Origin: an uncultured Erysipelotrichaceae bacterium
GTDB taxonomy: Bacteria; Bacillota_I; Bacilli_A; Erysipelotrichales; Erysipelotrichaceae
Direction: 5' to 3'
Assembly: GCA_902472945.1 (NCBI GenBank)
Contig: CABRQJ010000001.1
Location: 1,102 to 65,101, forward strand
Length of the DNA: 64,000 nt
Shown here: positions 28,655-39,577 of the stretch, piece after piece
Layout of the letters: every line of letters starts with the position of its first letter
Position numbering within the stretch: the first letter of the stretch is position 1
The notes under the pieces: generated by a model
Seen by the model: the letters and a program-made list of their open reading frames with translations, nothing else
What the model was told of the DNA's origin: nothing
Databases searched by the model: none
Position numbers and translations under genes: made by a program

Positions 28655-29880
28655 AACAGTTTATGACCATCCTGAAGTTTGAACTTCTCGAATATTTCAA
28701 AAACAAAGTATTCATCGGTATCACCGCACTGCTTGTGGCAGTGCTTGCCCTGATGATGTTTGTGCCGGACATGATATCTTCTTTCATCTCTGATTCTGAT
28801 GAAGAAAAACCGGTCATGATTCTTTCATCTGATCAAAATGAACTGCTTGAACCAGTCTTTGTACAGTCCTTTCCGACCTATACCATTGAAACAGTAGAAA
28901 GCAATTCTACAGAAGAAATCGAAACCCGCATCAAAAACAAAGAAGCTGAATGTGCCTTTGTCTTTGCGGAAGATTCCATCAGCCGCTACACATACTATGT
29001 GGACAACCTCGGCATGTATGACACCAATACTGAAACCGTGGATGCAGCACTCAATGAAGTCATCCGTGCACAGGCTTTTGAAGAACTCGGTGTCAGCTCA
29101 TCTGATACACAGATGATCATGTCCTTGTCTGTTTCCCATGATACAGAAAGTCTTGGACAGGATCAGGTCACAAACTTCCTCTATACCTATATTATGATCA
29201 TGGCACTCTATATGGTCATTGCTATGTATGGACAGATGGTCGCATCACACGTAGCTGCCGAAAAAGATTCCAGGGTCATGGAACTGCTCATTGCGACAGC
29301 CAATCCAACATCCATGATGTTTGGCAAGGTGTTGGCATCGTGCATTGCTGGGCTGTTCCAGCTTGGGGTAGTCTTTGGTTCAGCACTCCTGTTCTATAAC
29401 CTCAATCCGGATGCCTGGGGTGATAACCCATTGTTACAGCTGTTGTTCGATATACCGGTGCACCTGTTAGTCTATATGCTCATCTTCTTCCTGCTAGGCT
29501 ATCTCATCTATGCCTTCCTCTATGGAGCGATCGGTTCTACCGTTTCCAGAATTGAAGATCTGAGTACAGCATTAACACCGCTCACCTTCATCTTCATTGC
29601 GGCATTTATGATTGTTGTCTTTGGCATCAGCAGTGGAGATGTGGACACACCGCTCATGATTGCGGCTTCCTGGTTCCCTCTTTCTTCTCCGATGGCGATG
29701 TTTACCCGCATCGGTATGAGCACTGTTTCAACCTTTGAAATAGCAGGTTCGATCATCGTACTGATCATTTCCCTGTTATTGATTGGAAAGCTTTCCGCAA
29801 AGATCTACCGTACAGGTGTATTGCTATATGGCAAGAAGGTGAAGTTCTTCTCATTGCTGAAACAGATCATCAAAGCTTGA
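28651..29880 (+). CDS. ABC-2 family permease (6 TM, large N-terminal extracytoplasmic loop)
   Basis: 409 aa with hydrophobic C-terminal half. Translationally coupled to the ATPase gene. Confidence 0.8.
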   Translation: MKQFMTILKFELLEYFKNKVFIGITALLVAVLALMMFVPDMISSFISDSDEEKPVMILSSDQNELLEPVFVQSFPTYTIETVESNSTEEIETRIKNKEAECAFVFAEDSISRYTYYVDNLGMYDTNTETVDAALNEVIRAQAFEELGVSSSDTQMIMSLSVSHDTESLGQDQVTNFLYTYIMIMALYMVIAMYGQMVASHVAAEKDSRVMELLIATANPTSMMFGKVLASCIAGLFQLGVVFGSALLFYNLNPDAWGDNPLLQLLFDIPVHLLVYMLIFFLLGYLIYAFLYGAIGSTVSRIEDLSTALTPLTFIFIAAFMIVVFGISSGDVDTPLMIAASWFPLSSPMAMFTRIGMSTVSTFEIAGSIIVLIISLLLIGKLSAKIYRTGVLLYGKKVKFFSLLKQIIKA

Positions 29881-29915
29881 GAAAAGATTGAACAGAAAGG
29901 CAAGAATGATAACAG

Positions 29916-29950
29916 GCAGTGAATCATCACTGCTTGTTTCTTTATTTCTG
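29916..29950 (+). terminator. Intrinsic terminator after the ABC operon
   Basis: GCAGTGA-ATCA-TCACTGC followed by TTGTTTCTTTATTTCT. Confidence 0.7.
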
Positions 29951-29996
29951 CACCCTTTCACCGTCTTCTTAACACCCAAGAAAGCTGCGAAAACAA

Positions 29997-30809
29997 TCAC
30001 TTCAGTGCATATTTGTAAATAACTTCACTGATCGCATTATCTTCACAAGTTGCCTCAGTGAGCACATCACAGAGCAGTTTCATATCTTTTACCGTATTGG
30101 CTACGCCAATCCCAAGACCTGCAGCCTGAATCATCGGAAGATCATTAAAATTATCTCCTACCGCAATGGTATCCTTCATATCCACACCGAGCATCTCAGC
30201 AAGTTTAGCAAGTCCGGAACCTTTATTGACACCTTTTTTGTTGAATTCAAGATATCTGTTGGACGAATAACTCACATCCATATCCTTTGTCAGGTCTTCA
30301 ATCTCACCGGCAATGGACTTCAGGTAGTCGTAATTTGTATTCTCATAGAGGCATTTGACAATATCTGTACCTCTCAAAAATTCCAGATCTTTGTTCTCAA
30401 TCACAGTAACTGCCTGTCTTCTGTCCAGATAATTGAGTTCATCCTGATTGATGTTGTATGCATAGACAACATCCTTCGTATAGACATGCATACAGACATC
30501 ATATCGCATACCTCTTTCATAGAGCATAGAAGCCTGTTCAAAAGTAATCCCGGCAAAGGGAAGCAGCCTGTTATCCTTATTTTCCGTTATGGCACCACCA
30601 TTGAAAGAAATAACATACCTGCCTTCTCTGCCAAGCTGTCCAAGCTGTTTTAGTGTATCAACCGTCGTCCAGAACGGTCTTCCTGTTGCACAGACAAATA
30701 GTCCTCCGGCTTCTTCAAATGCATGAATTGCCTTAATATCTTCTTCTGATACTGTCTTGTCTTTTCGCAAAAGTGTTTCATCGAGGTCACATGCTATAAT
30801 TTTGTACAT
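29997..30809 (-). CDS. Cof-type HAD-IIB phosphatase
   Basis: IIACDLDETLL, TGR, and K..VGDNFNDLPM motifs. Confidence 0.85.
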   Translation of the reverse strand: MYKIIACDLDETLLRKDKTVSEEDIKAIHAFEEAGGLFVCATGRPFWTTVDTLKQLGQLGREGRYVISFNGGAITENKDNRLLPFAGITFEQASMLYERGMRYDVCMHVYTKDVVYAYNINQDELNYLDRRQAVTVIENKDLEFLRGTDIVKCLYENTNYDYLKSIAGEIEDLTKDMDVSYSSNRYLEFNKKGVNKGSGLAKLAEMLGVDMKDTIAVGDNFNDLPMIQAAGLGIGVANTVKDMKLLCDVLTEATCEDNAISEVIYKYALK

Positions 30810-30811
30810 AC

Positions 30812-31594
30812 TTATTCTCCTTTGATCAAATGATACCGTATGCAGGCTTTACGGACTCCTTCATGATCCACATCATCTGTAATATAGTCGGCAGCTTCTT
30901 TCAATGCTTGTACACCATTTGCCATTGCTATACCGGTTCCAGCATGTTCCAGCATGGCAAGATCATTTCCGCCATCCCCAAACGCCATGGTTTCTTCCAT
31001 ATCAAACCCAAACTTTTTGGCAAAGCAGTCCATACCTTTGACCTTTGTTCCGCCAACAGGAGAAATATCGCAGAAAGTTGGATACCATCTAGCACTGATG
31101 CAATCCGGCAGTTTCTCCATCACTGCCTTTTCTTCCTCTTCATTCAAAAATGCCATAACCTGGTATACCTTTTTATCTTCAATACCCGTTATATCTCCAG
31201 CCGGCTGATCATCATTCAGCGTAATCGCATGAACTTCATCAACCCGCTCATCCCGATAGTTGAATATTTTTCCATCCGGCATTTCAAACCCACAAGGAAA
31301 AGGATGCTTATCCAGCTCTTGTTTCAACAATAACAAGTCTTTCCTGGGAATGGTGTTTTCATAAATCACAGTGCCATCCCGGGTAAAACAATACTGTCCA
31401 TTCATCGTCACATAGCCATCAAAAGGAAACTCTTCCAAAACACCTAGACCATCCCTAGACCTGCCTGTTGCAATAAACAGCAAAATACCGTTTTTCTTCA
31501 ATTCCCATAATGTGCGCAATGTACTTTCCGGTACACGATGTGTAACAAAGCTGACCAATGTACCATCGATGTCAAAAAAGATTGCTTTTATCAT
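30812..31594 (-). CDS. Cof-type HAD-IIB phosphatase (tandem paralog)
   Basis: AIFFDIDGTL, TGRS, and K..FGDGGNDLAML motifs. Start uncertain: ATG at 31594 (MIKAIFFD) versus GTG at 31621. Neither has a well-spaced SD. Confidence 0.7.
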   Translation of the reverse strand: MIKAIFFDIDGTLVSFVTHRVPESTLRTLWELKKNGILLFIATGRSRDGLGVLEEFPFDGYVTMNGQYCFTRDGTVIYENTIPRKDLLLLKQELDKHPFPCGFEMPDGKIFNYRDERVDEVHAITLNDDQPAGDITGIEDKKVYQVMAFLNEEEEKAVMEKLPDCISARWYPTFCDISPVGGTKVKGMDCFAKKFGFDMEETMAFGDGGNDLAMLEHAGTGIAMANGVQALKEAADYITDDVDHEGVRKACIRYHLIKGE

Positions 31595-31665
31595 GTTTTT
31601 ATTGTACCCATCCAGGTACACTCACCTCTCTTTATTTTGCTAATATCACCACAGGAGGTAATCAT

Positions 31666-31836
31666 ATGCACAAAAATACTGATACCATTGTGGATGAAAT
31701 TGTCTGTGCAAAATACAAGTTTATGCCTGATGCACTTCTTCTGTATTACCTGAAAAAACAATTGAGTGAGGCAGAACAGGAAGTCATCCGGAAGGAACTC
31801 TCCCTACGCCGCCTTTCATCTGCAAAAGAGGCTTAG
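31666..31836 (+). CDS. Small hypothetical protein (56 aa)
   Basis: Strong RBS ACAGGAGGT 8 nt upstream of ATG 31666. The stop overlaps the convergent peptidase stop. No recognisable domain. Confidence 0.4.
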   Translation: MHKNTDTIVDEIVCAKYKFMPDALLLYYLKKQLSEAEQEVIRKELSLRRLSSAKEA

Positions 31837-33796
31837 TCCTCTTTTTTTGTATGGTTTACAAACCAGTCGGCAATTTCATGTAACCTTCTCAGTCTGTGGA
31901 GTGGTTTGCCGCTGCGGGAAAGTTCATGGGTTTCGCCATGGAAGACAACCATCTTTGTCTCCACCCCCTGCAGCGCTAGTGACGTCAGCATCTGCATCCC
32001 TTCTGGCAGTGGACATCTTCTGTCCTCATCGGAATGGATGAAGAGGGTTGGTGTTACAGCACCCTTTGCATATTTAAGAGGTGAGTGTTCCCAGAGTTTA
32101 TCAAAGTTGAATGGATCATCTCCTGTACCACACTGGTCAGGTCCAAAGTAGAAACCGATGTCACTGATGAAACTCTTGGAAATCCAGTTGGAAATGGAAC
32201 GCTGTGACACTGCACAGCAGAACCTGTGCGTATGACCAATAATCCAGTTGGTCATAAAACCACCATAAGAACCACCTGTTTCACAAACACGTGTTTCATC
32301 AATGGATGGATATGCCGCAAGTACTGCATCCGTGAAGTCCATCAGGTTCTGATAATCCACTTCACCATATCTGCCACGGATATCCGCAAATGCATCACCT
32401 CTTCCATCCGAACCACGGATATTGGTAAAGAACACAAAGAACCCCATCCCCGCCAGCATCTGCATCTCATGGTTGAACCTTGTACCATAGACAGTACGAG
32501 GACCACCATGAATCTCAAGTACTGCCGGATATTTCTTTGATGGGTCATAGTCCTTTGGCTTCAACACCCACCCCTTGAGATTTTCACCACAGGATGTATA
32601 GGAAACCTCTTCAGCTGCAGCCACATAGCAGTTCACCAACGCATGGTCATTATGGGAAGTAATCTTTTCAAAACCACTTTCTGTCAACACATAAATCTCT
32701 GCCAGTGACTCATCACTTTCTGCACAAACTGCCACATGATCCTTCACTGCATCCATAAAGGAAATAGACAGCTTTCCACAATCTATGCGTTCCATCTGTT
32801 CACTGCCTGTAAACACATAGAGTGGTGTATGCACATCTTCGGTAGTGGTTGTCACCCAGCCTTTGTCACAAACCGCAGCACTCTTTCCTCCACCAAGCAT
32901 CGTATCTGCACCAACAGAACAATGCAGAGAGAATTCCGGCTTGATGATCTTTGTCACCTGACCATTTTCAATCTGGGATATGTACTTTGTCTCATTTGTA
33001 CCATATGTCTTATGGTCAGTTGTCTGTCCATAGAGTTTTCCTTCAAGCTTAAAAAGAGAACTGATCGTCAGATCATCACCACCATACACTGTCTCCATCT
33101 CCTTGCTTTCACCATGGTAGACATAGACTTGGTTGAACATACTGCGCACCGCTTTTCTTTCATAACCGGTGAAGTATACATCATTACCATCCACGAGCAT
33201 CTCACCTGTATCAAACAATGGTGTAGTCAGTCTTTCGACTGTTGTAAAGTCAGAAGAAATCGCAAACAGAGCAGTGCGCATACCATTGATGTAATTTTGT
33301 CCATTCATCCAGAATGGAATTTCTGTAATCACCTGGTAGTCCGCATTGTCTTTTTTCTCATTTATGACTTCTTCCTGCTGTTTTTCATCCAGTTTATAGA
33401 AATCCGGACAATTTGTATCAATGGTACAAAGTGCATAGTACATACCATTTTCTGCCCGCTTCATCTCCTTGATGGTAAGAGGCAGGTGTGCAACAGGCAT
33501 CGCTTCTCCACCAAACACATCGATCGCAAACAGTTCGGTATAGCCTTCTTTCTTCTCTTCTGTTTCCCGGCGCACTAACAATGTATGGATATCCTTCCAA
33601 CACACAATGGACGCATCCAATGTAGAAGTCAGCTGTCTGTTCAGATCATCTTCATACACCCATACATTCCTGTGGTATGTATTCTTCTTTTTGTCCGCAA
33701 AGGCAATCTGGTAGGCAAGCATACTGCCATCCTTGTTATATTGCAGGTTTTCAATAAACCTGTATGTCAATAAATCTTCTGCTGTAATTGCTCTCA
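31833..33796 (-). CDS. S9-family serine peptidase (prolyl oligopeptidase / acylaminoacyl-peptidase-like) with N-terminal beta-propeller
   Basis: Nucleophile motif ETGGSYGGFMTN, with downstream D and H (HGETHE). Start set at MRAITAEDLL (ATG 33794-33796) with GGAAAGAGGAG RBS. It overlaps the NUDIX stop. Confidence 0.85.
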
Positions 33797-34339
33797 TAGT
33801 TCTCCTCTTTCCTTCTTTGCCTGAATCAATAAAAGCATGGACATCGTCTTGGCATCCGGGATATCTCCCCTGACGCATTTCTCAATCATTTCATCAAGGG
33901 TATACTTCTCCAGATTGATATACTCATCTTCATCGAGATGTTGTCCTTTGAAATCTGACTGCTTTGCATAATAGAATGCAACAACCTCTGTATCATATGC
34001 AGGTGTCGGATACATCTTGCCAAGATATACCCAGTCCTTTCCTTCATAACCGGTCTCTTCGACAATTTCCCGCTTTGCGGTATTCAACGGATCTTCCCCG
34101 GCTTCCTTCTTGCCGGCAGGGAATTCAAGTGTTTGTTCACCATGCGCATAGCGCCATTGCTTTACAAAATAGAAACGTCCTTCTTCATCTTCCAGAGCAA
34201 TCCCCACCCCGCCCGGGTGTTCAACTACTTCCCGTTCAACAACAAGGCCATCTGGCATCTCTGCTGTATCTTTGCGCATATTGAGAATCTTTCCCTCGAA
34301 GACATATTCTTTAGTGAGGGTTTTTTCTTCCATATCCAT
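33794..34339 (-). CDS. NUDIX hydrolase (ADP-ribose pyrophosphatase-like)
   Basis: Nudix box GKKEAGEDPLNTAKREIVEETGY (GX5EX7REUXEEXGU). Confidence 0.82.
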   Translation of the reverse strand: MDMEEKTLTKEYVFEGKILNMRKDTAEMPDGLVVEREVVEHPGGVGIALEDEEGRFYFVKQWRYAHGEQTLEFPAGKKEAGEDPLNTAKREIVEETGYEGKDWVYLGKMYPTPAYDTEVVAFYYAKQSDFKGQHLDEDEYINLEKYTLDEMIEKCVRGDIPDAKTMSMLLLIQAKKERGEL

Positions 34340-34491
34340 GATCTTTACCTCATTTTCTCTTTCTCAATTATCGCATGGTTTCCTGAATTCTCAATCTAAT
34401 TGGAATAAAGTTTCCCTATTTCCAAATAATAGTTTCAGACAGGGAAAAAACACTATAATATACAAGACATTTGTCAAATAAGGGGAGTTTT

Positions 34492-35862
34492 ATGAATCGA
34501 GAAAAATTCGGATCCCGCCTGGGATTCATTCTCATTTCTGCAGGCTGTGCGATAGGCCTTGGAAATGTGTGGCGTTTTCCCTACATCACCGGTCAATACG
34601 GTGGTGCAGCATTTGTTCTCATCTACCTGCTGTTTCTTGTGATCCTCGGTCTTCCAATCATGGTCATGGAATTTGCGGTAGGCAGAGGTTCGCACAAGAG
34701 TATCGCTACGGCATTTGAAACACTGGAACCAAAAGGCACAAAGTGGCACTGGTATAAGTGGTTTGGTCTCGCGGGAAATTACCTGCTCATGATGTTTTAT
34801 ACAAACATTGCCGGATGGCTGTTGCTGTACTTGTTCAAGATGGCAACCGGTCAGTTTACAGGACTGGACACAACCGGTGTTGCCAATGCGTTTTCTTCAC
34901 TGTTAGCAGATCCTGTGACGATGACCATCTTCATGATCATCATCATCGTTGCCTGCTTTGGCATTGTTTCCCTGGGTCTTCAAAAAGGTGTAGAACGCAT
35001 TACCAAGTACATGATGATCTTATTACTTGCTCTTATGATCATCCTTGCGGTGCGTTCGGTAACCCTGGAAGGTGCAGGTGCTGGTCTTTCCTTCTATCTT
35101 CTGCCTGACTTTGGCAAAATGCAGGAAGCAGGTATCATGGAAGTCGTTTCGGCAGCCATGGGGCAGTCCTTCTTCACATTGAGCCTCGGCATTGGTGCCA
35201 TGGAAATCTTTGGCAGCTACATTGAACGCAAGAGAACACTCGCTGGTGAAGCTGTCTACATCACCATCCTTGACACATCCATTGCCCTGCTTTCCGGTCT
35301 GATCATCTTCCCGGCAAGCTTTGCCTTTGGTATCAACCCTGACTCTGGTCCTAACCTCATCTTCATCACCCTGCCTAACATCTTCAACTCCATGCCAGGA
35401 GGTGCTATCTGGGGTGCGATCTTCTTCCTTTGCATGGTATTTGCGGCAGTCAGTACCATCATTGCGGTATTTGAAAACATCGTCGCTTTCTGGATGGACC
35501 TCACAGGCTGTTCCAGAAAGAAGGCAATTGGTTTCAACCTCATAGCCATTATTGTATTATCCATGCCATCTGTGCTTGGCTATAACCTATGGAGTGCATT
35601 TGCCCCACTTGGTGAAGGTTCTACCATATTGGATCTTGAAGACTTCATCGTCTCCAACAACCTGTTACCATTGGGTTCTTTGCTCTATGTATTGTTCTGT
35701 ACAACAAGATATGGCTGGGGCTGGAAGAACTTCCTCGATGAGGCAAACAGCGGTGAAGGTCTCAAAATGCCAAAGTGGCTGCGCAACTATGCCATGATTG
35801 TCATTCCGCTCATCGTTCTCTTTATCTTTGTACAGGGCTACTGGTCTAAGTTTATTGGTTAA
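34492..35862 (+). CDS. Sodium-dependent transporter of the NSS (SNF) family
   Basis: N-terminal GFILISAGCAIGLGNVWRFPY is the NSS TM1 signature. Start at MNREKFGS with GGGGAG RBS. Confidence 0.85.
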   Translation: MNREKFGSRLGFILISAGCAIGLGNVWRFPYITGQYGGAAFVLIYLLFLVILGLPIMVMEFAVGRGSHKSIATAFETLEPKGTKWHWYKWFGLAGNYLLMMFYTNIAGWLLLYLFKMATGQFTGLDTTGVANAFSSLLADPVTMTIFMIIIIVACFGIVSLGLQKGVERITKYMMILLLALMIILAVRSVTLEGAGAGLSFYLLPDFGKMQEAGIMEVVSAAMGQSFFTLSLGIGAMEIFGSYIERKRTLAGEAVYITILDTSIALLSGLIIFPASFAFGINPDSGPNLIFITLPNIFNSMPGGAIWGAIFFLCMVFAAVSTIIAVFENIVAFWMDLTGCSRKKAIGFNLIAIIVLSMPSVLGYNLWSAFAPLGEGSTILDLEDFIVSNNLLPLGSLLYVLFCTTRYGWGWKNFLDEANSGEGLKMPKWLRNYAMIVIPLIVLFIFVQGYWSKFIG

Positions 35863-35866
35863 CGAT

Positions 35867-36277
35867 ATGAAAATCTATTTTGCAGGTTCAATACGTGGTG
35901 GAAGAGAAGATGCCTCTCTTTACCAGAGAGCCATCTCTTTCATCAATGAAACAGATACTGTTCTCACCGAACAAGTAGGAGACCTCTCCCGTTCCATCCT
36001 TGAACAGGGAAGGGATAAAGACAGTCTCATCTATGAACAGGACACAAACTGGTTACGGGAATGTGACATGGTCATTGCCGAATGCTCACATCCTTCTCTT
36101 GGAGTAGGCTATGAACTAGCCTATGCAGAAAAGCTCGGCAAACCTGTGCATATCTTCTACCGTCCAAAAGACACACAGCTTTCAGCGATGCTTACGGGTG
36201 ATCCGTATTTCCATATTCATCCATATAGTAATGATGAAGAATTATTCATGCTCATCAAAGAAGTTCTTAAACACTGA
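35867..36277 (+). CDS. Nucleoside 2-deoxyribosyltransferase-fold protein, DNPH1/Rcl-like 2'-deoxynucleoside 5'-phosphate N-hydrolase
   Basis: MKIYFAGSIRGGRED..AE.S..S.GVGYE is the DNPH1 signature. The track ORF starts earlier inside the transporter gene. The ATG at 35867 has a weak RBS. Confidence 0.65.
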   Translation: MKIYFAGSIRGGREDASLYQRAISFINETDTVLTEQVGDLSRSILEQGRDKDSLIYEQDTNWLRECDMVIAECSHPSLGVGYELAYAEKLGKPVHIFYRPKDTQLSAMLTGDPYFHIHPYSNDEELFMLIKEVLKH

Positions 36278-36303
36278 GTACCGGTTCCGGTACTCTTTTT
36301 TGT
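36276..36303 (+). terminator. Intrinsic terminator after the DNPH1-like gene
   Basis: GAGTACCGG-TT-CCGGTACTC followed by TTTTTTTG. Confidence 0.8.
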
Positions 36304-36397
36304 AAGATACAATTCCGGCATATTGTTTCAAAATTTGTTGCTCCTGTGACCGCTTTCAGGCAATTCTGCTAATATTAATCTTATCAAGGAGAACGGT

Positions 36398-37600
36398 ATG
36401 AAATACAAACATCTGAATCTCAAGTATGCGTGCATCAATGCGGCATATCTCATGCTTCTCTGTGCAACAGCCGGCTATGCGTACAATTTCCTTTCACAAT
36501 CCGGATTTGACGACAGCGCTACAGGTATCATCATCACCCTGATCAGTGTCTGTGGTCTTGTCTCGCAGACCGCCTTTGGTTCCATCATCGACAAATCGGA
36601 AAAACTTGATGAGAAAAAATTCATTTCCATTACGATGATCGTGACCATCATCACTTCCGCACTGCTTCTTGTACTTCCTGAAGGAAACATTCTCACCGTC
36701 ATCGTTTCTATCATTGCCTTTACAAGTGCATCGGCGGGCATGCCATTTCTCAACAGTATGGCTTTCATTTACGAAAAAGATGGTGCTTCCATCAACTACG
36801 GCCTTGGAAGAGGTGTTGGTTCTGCCGCATATGCGGTAGGTTCAGCATTGCTTGGACAGCTTTGGGCATTAGTAGGAAGAACAATCTTCCCGATCTATAT
36901 CATTGCCTTTTCCATCGCAACATTACTTCTTGTACAAATCATGCCAGCTGCACCAAAGATCGAATCTGATGAATCTGGTGTTGTACAGGAATCTCTTTCC
37001 TACGGTGCTTTCTTCAACAAATACAAAAAGATTATCATCCCGGTTCTTTCCATGGTTCTCATCTACTTTGCGCATATGATTCTCAACACGTATATTGCCA
37101 AAGTCATCGGTAACATCATCGGACCGGAAGCTTCGTCAATTGAAGGTACTGTAGAAGGTTTTCAGGGCACAGCCCTCTTCATCCAGGCAATGTGTGAACT
37201 TCCAACCATGTTTGCCTTTGGTCTGATTCTCAAGAAACTCTCCATTAACAAACTCATGTGCATCGCTGTCGTCTTTTACAGTATCAAGCACATCCTTGTC
37301 GCCTTCTGTCCAAACATGTATGTCTTCTATTTCATCATGGTATTACAGATGTTCTCCTATGCAATTCTTGTGCCGGGAGGCGTATATCTTGCCAATGAGA
37401 TTGTCGCACCAGAAGATCGTAATAAAGGACAGGCTGTTGTTGGCGTTACAGCCACTGTTGGTGGCTTGTTAGCAAGTCTTATCGGTGGACAGCTATTTAC
37501 CTTCATGCCAGTCACAACTGTTATGATCCTTGGTGCTGCGATCACTGTTGTGGGTACTGTACTCATGTTCATAGGTGTTGGCACATTAAAGAAAAGTTAA
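36398..37600 (+). CDS. MFS transporter (sugar/glycoside-cation symporter-like)
   Basis: 400 aa, 12 predicted TM helices. GGAGAACGG RBS. A 3-nt gap separates it from the GH31 gene. Confidence 0.8.
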   Translation: MKYKHLNLKYACINAAYLMLLCATAGYAYNFLSQSGFDDSATGIIITLISVCGLVSQTAFGSIIDKSEKLDEKKFISITMIVTIITSALLLVLPEGNILTVIVSIIAFTSASAGMPFLNSMAFIYEKDGASINYGLGRGVGSAAYAVGSALLGQLWALVGRTIFPIYIIAFSIATLLLVQIMPAAPKIESDESGVVQESLSYGAFFNKYKKIIIPVLSMVLIYFAHMILNTYIAKVIGNIIGPEASSIEGTVEGFQGTALFIQAMCELPTMFAFGLILKKLSINKLMCIAVVFYSIKHILVAFCPNMYVFYFIMVLQMFSYAILVPGGVYLANEIVAPEDRNKGQAVVGVTATVGGLLASLIGGQLFTFMPVTTVMILGAAITVVGTVLMFIGVGTLKKS

Positions 37601-37603
37601 TCT

Positions 37604-39577
37604 ATGAAACTGACTACAAAGAACAATGTGCTTATCGCACGCCATCAGGGAGAAACCCTGACCATTACCCCATGGGGTAAGGATGCCTTACGCATCAAAG
37701 CAACCATGTATCCTTCCTTTACTGACCATAACTGGGCATTGACCTATCATCCGGAAAGTGAAGCAGAAATACAAATTGAAGACAAATGTGCAACCATCAC
37801 AAATGGTAACATCAAGGCAACCATCAACCAGTCTGGTGTACTATCCTTCTATCGCAAGGATAAAGTCATCCTGCAGGAATACTTCCGCAACTATGATGGA
37901 ACCATTTCCAAAGAAAGCAGATGTCTCAAATACACCGGCAGACGTTATCAGCCACATACCGGTGGTGATTACAGATTGACAGTACGCTTTGATGCCAACG
38001 ACAATGAAAAGATCTTTGGCATGGGGCAATACCAGCAGAGACAGACAAACCTCAAGGGTTGTGTCCTTGACCTTGAACAGCGCAACTCACAGATATCCGT
38101 TCCTTTCTATGTTTCTTCCCTTGGCTATGGTTTCCTCTGGAACAACCCGGCCGTAGGCAGAGTTACCTTTGGCAATAACATCACGGAATGGATTTCTGAA
38201 GCAACAAAAGAAATGGATTACTGGATTACTGTCAAAGATACACCAAAGGACATCCTTTCTTCTTATACAGAAGTAACAGGTCGTGCACCTGCCTTCCCGG
38301 ATGATTTACTTGGTCTATGGCAGTGCCGTCTTCGTTACCGTTCCCAGCAGGAAGTCATGGATGTATTGCATAAGGCAGATGAGAAACAGATTCCTATCGA
38401 CATGATTGTTATCGACTTCTTCCACTGGCCATATCAGGGTGACTGGAAGTTTGACCCTGTCTATTGGCCAGATCCAAAGAGAATGATTGAAGAATGTCAT
38501 AAGCGTGGCATCAAGGTATGTGTATCCGTATGGCCTTCTGTTGACAAGAAGAGTGAAAACTTTGCCACAATGTTTGAAAACGGCATGTTAATCCGTACTG
38601 AACGCGGTGCTATTCAGACCTATGAATACCAGGGAGACTGCCTGGAAATTGATGCAACTAATCCTGAGACACGCGACTATGTCTGGAATGTATGCAAAAA
38701 GAACTACTTTGACCTTGGCATAGATGCCTTCTGGCTTGACAATGCGGAACCAGACTATGGTGTCTATGACTTTGACAACTACCGCTATTACCTTGGCACA
38801 GCTCTTTCCTGTTCCAACATCTATCCACAGTACTACAGCCGCACTTTCTATGAAAATGAAAAAGCGTTTGGCAAAGAAGACATTGTCTCTTTGACACGTT
38901 CCTGTTGGGCAGGAAGTCAGAAATATGGCAATGTTGTCTGGTCAGGCGATGTACCTTCTACCTTTGAAGCCTTCCGCGATCAGTTACAATGTGGCATCAA
39001 TATGGGACTGGCAGGCATACCATGGTGGACAAGTGATACCGGTGGATTTATGACCGATGACTGGCAAAGTGAAGAATTCCGTGAACTGCTCATCCGCTGG
39101 TTTGAGTTCAGCACATTCTCACCAGTGCTCAGAATGCATGGTGACCGTGGTCCACACGACATTCCACCACTGGATGATCGTGACTGGGGTGGTGGTTACC
39201 TCTACACAGGTCATGAAAATGAAATCTGGTCCTATGGAGAAGACATGGAAAAGATCTTCCGGAAATATCTGGACATCCGTGAAGAACTCAAACCATATCT
39301 CAGACAACTCTTCAAAGAATCAGAAGAGAATGGTTCTCCACTCATCCGTGCCATGTTCTATGAATTCCCGGATGATGAAAAATGCTGGGAAATCTATGAT
39401 CAGTATATGTTAGGAGACAAATATCTTGTCGCACCAGTACTCACAAAACATACAGTACAAAGAGAAGTGTATCTGCCAGAAGGTACATGGACATTCGATG
39501 GCAGGACATATACAGGTGGAAAAACATATACAATAGATGCGCCTGTTGATGTTATTCCAGTGTTTGAAAAACAATGA
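37604..39577 (+). CDS. Glycoside hydrolase family 31 (alpha-glucosidase/alpha-xylosidase-like)
   Basis: Catalytic-region motifs KFDPVYWPDPKRMIEECHKRGIKV..WP, GIDAFWLDNAEPD (nucleophile region), and WSGD (acid/base region). Confidence 0.8.
   Translation: MKLTTKNNVLIARHQGETLTITPWGKDALRIKATMYPSFTDHNWALTYHPESEAEIQIEDKCATITNGNIKATINQSGVLSFYRKDKVILQEYFRNYDGTISKESRCLKYTGRRYQPHTGGDYRLTVRFDANDNEKIFGMGQYQQRQTNLKGCVLDLEQRNSQISVPFYVSSLGYGFLWNNPAVGRVTFGNNITEWISEATKEMDYWITVKDTPKDILSSYTEVTGRAPAFPDDLLGLWQCRLRYRSQQEVMDVLHKADEKQIPIDMIVIDFFHWPYQGDWKFDPVYWPDPKRMIEECHKRGIKVCVSVWPSVDKKSENFATMFENGMLIRTERGAIQTYEYQGDCLEIDATNPETRDYVWNVCKKNYFDLGIDAFWLDNAEPDYGVYDFDNYRYYLGTALSCSNIYPQYYSRTFYENEKAFGKEDIVSLTRSCWAGSQKYGNVVWSGDVPSTFEAFRDQLQCGINMGLAGIPWWTSDTGGFMTDDWQSEEFRELLIRWFEFSTFSPVLRMHGDRGPHDIPPLDDRDWGGGYLYTGHENEIWSYGEDMEKIFRKYLDIREELKPYLRQLFKESEENGSPLIRAMFYEFPDDEKCWEIYDQYMLGDKYLVAPVLTKHTVQREVYLPEGTWTFDGRTYTGGKTYTIDAPVDVIPVFEKQ

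Noticed and set aside
32736-33578. 280-aa plus-strand ORF inside the S9 peptidase gene
   Set aside because: It is Cys/His/Ile-rich and antisense to a well-supported peptidase coding sequence, which makes it a shadow ORF.
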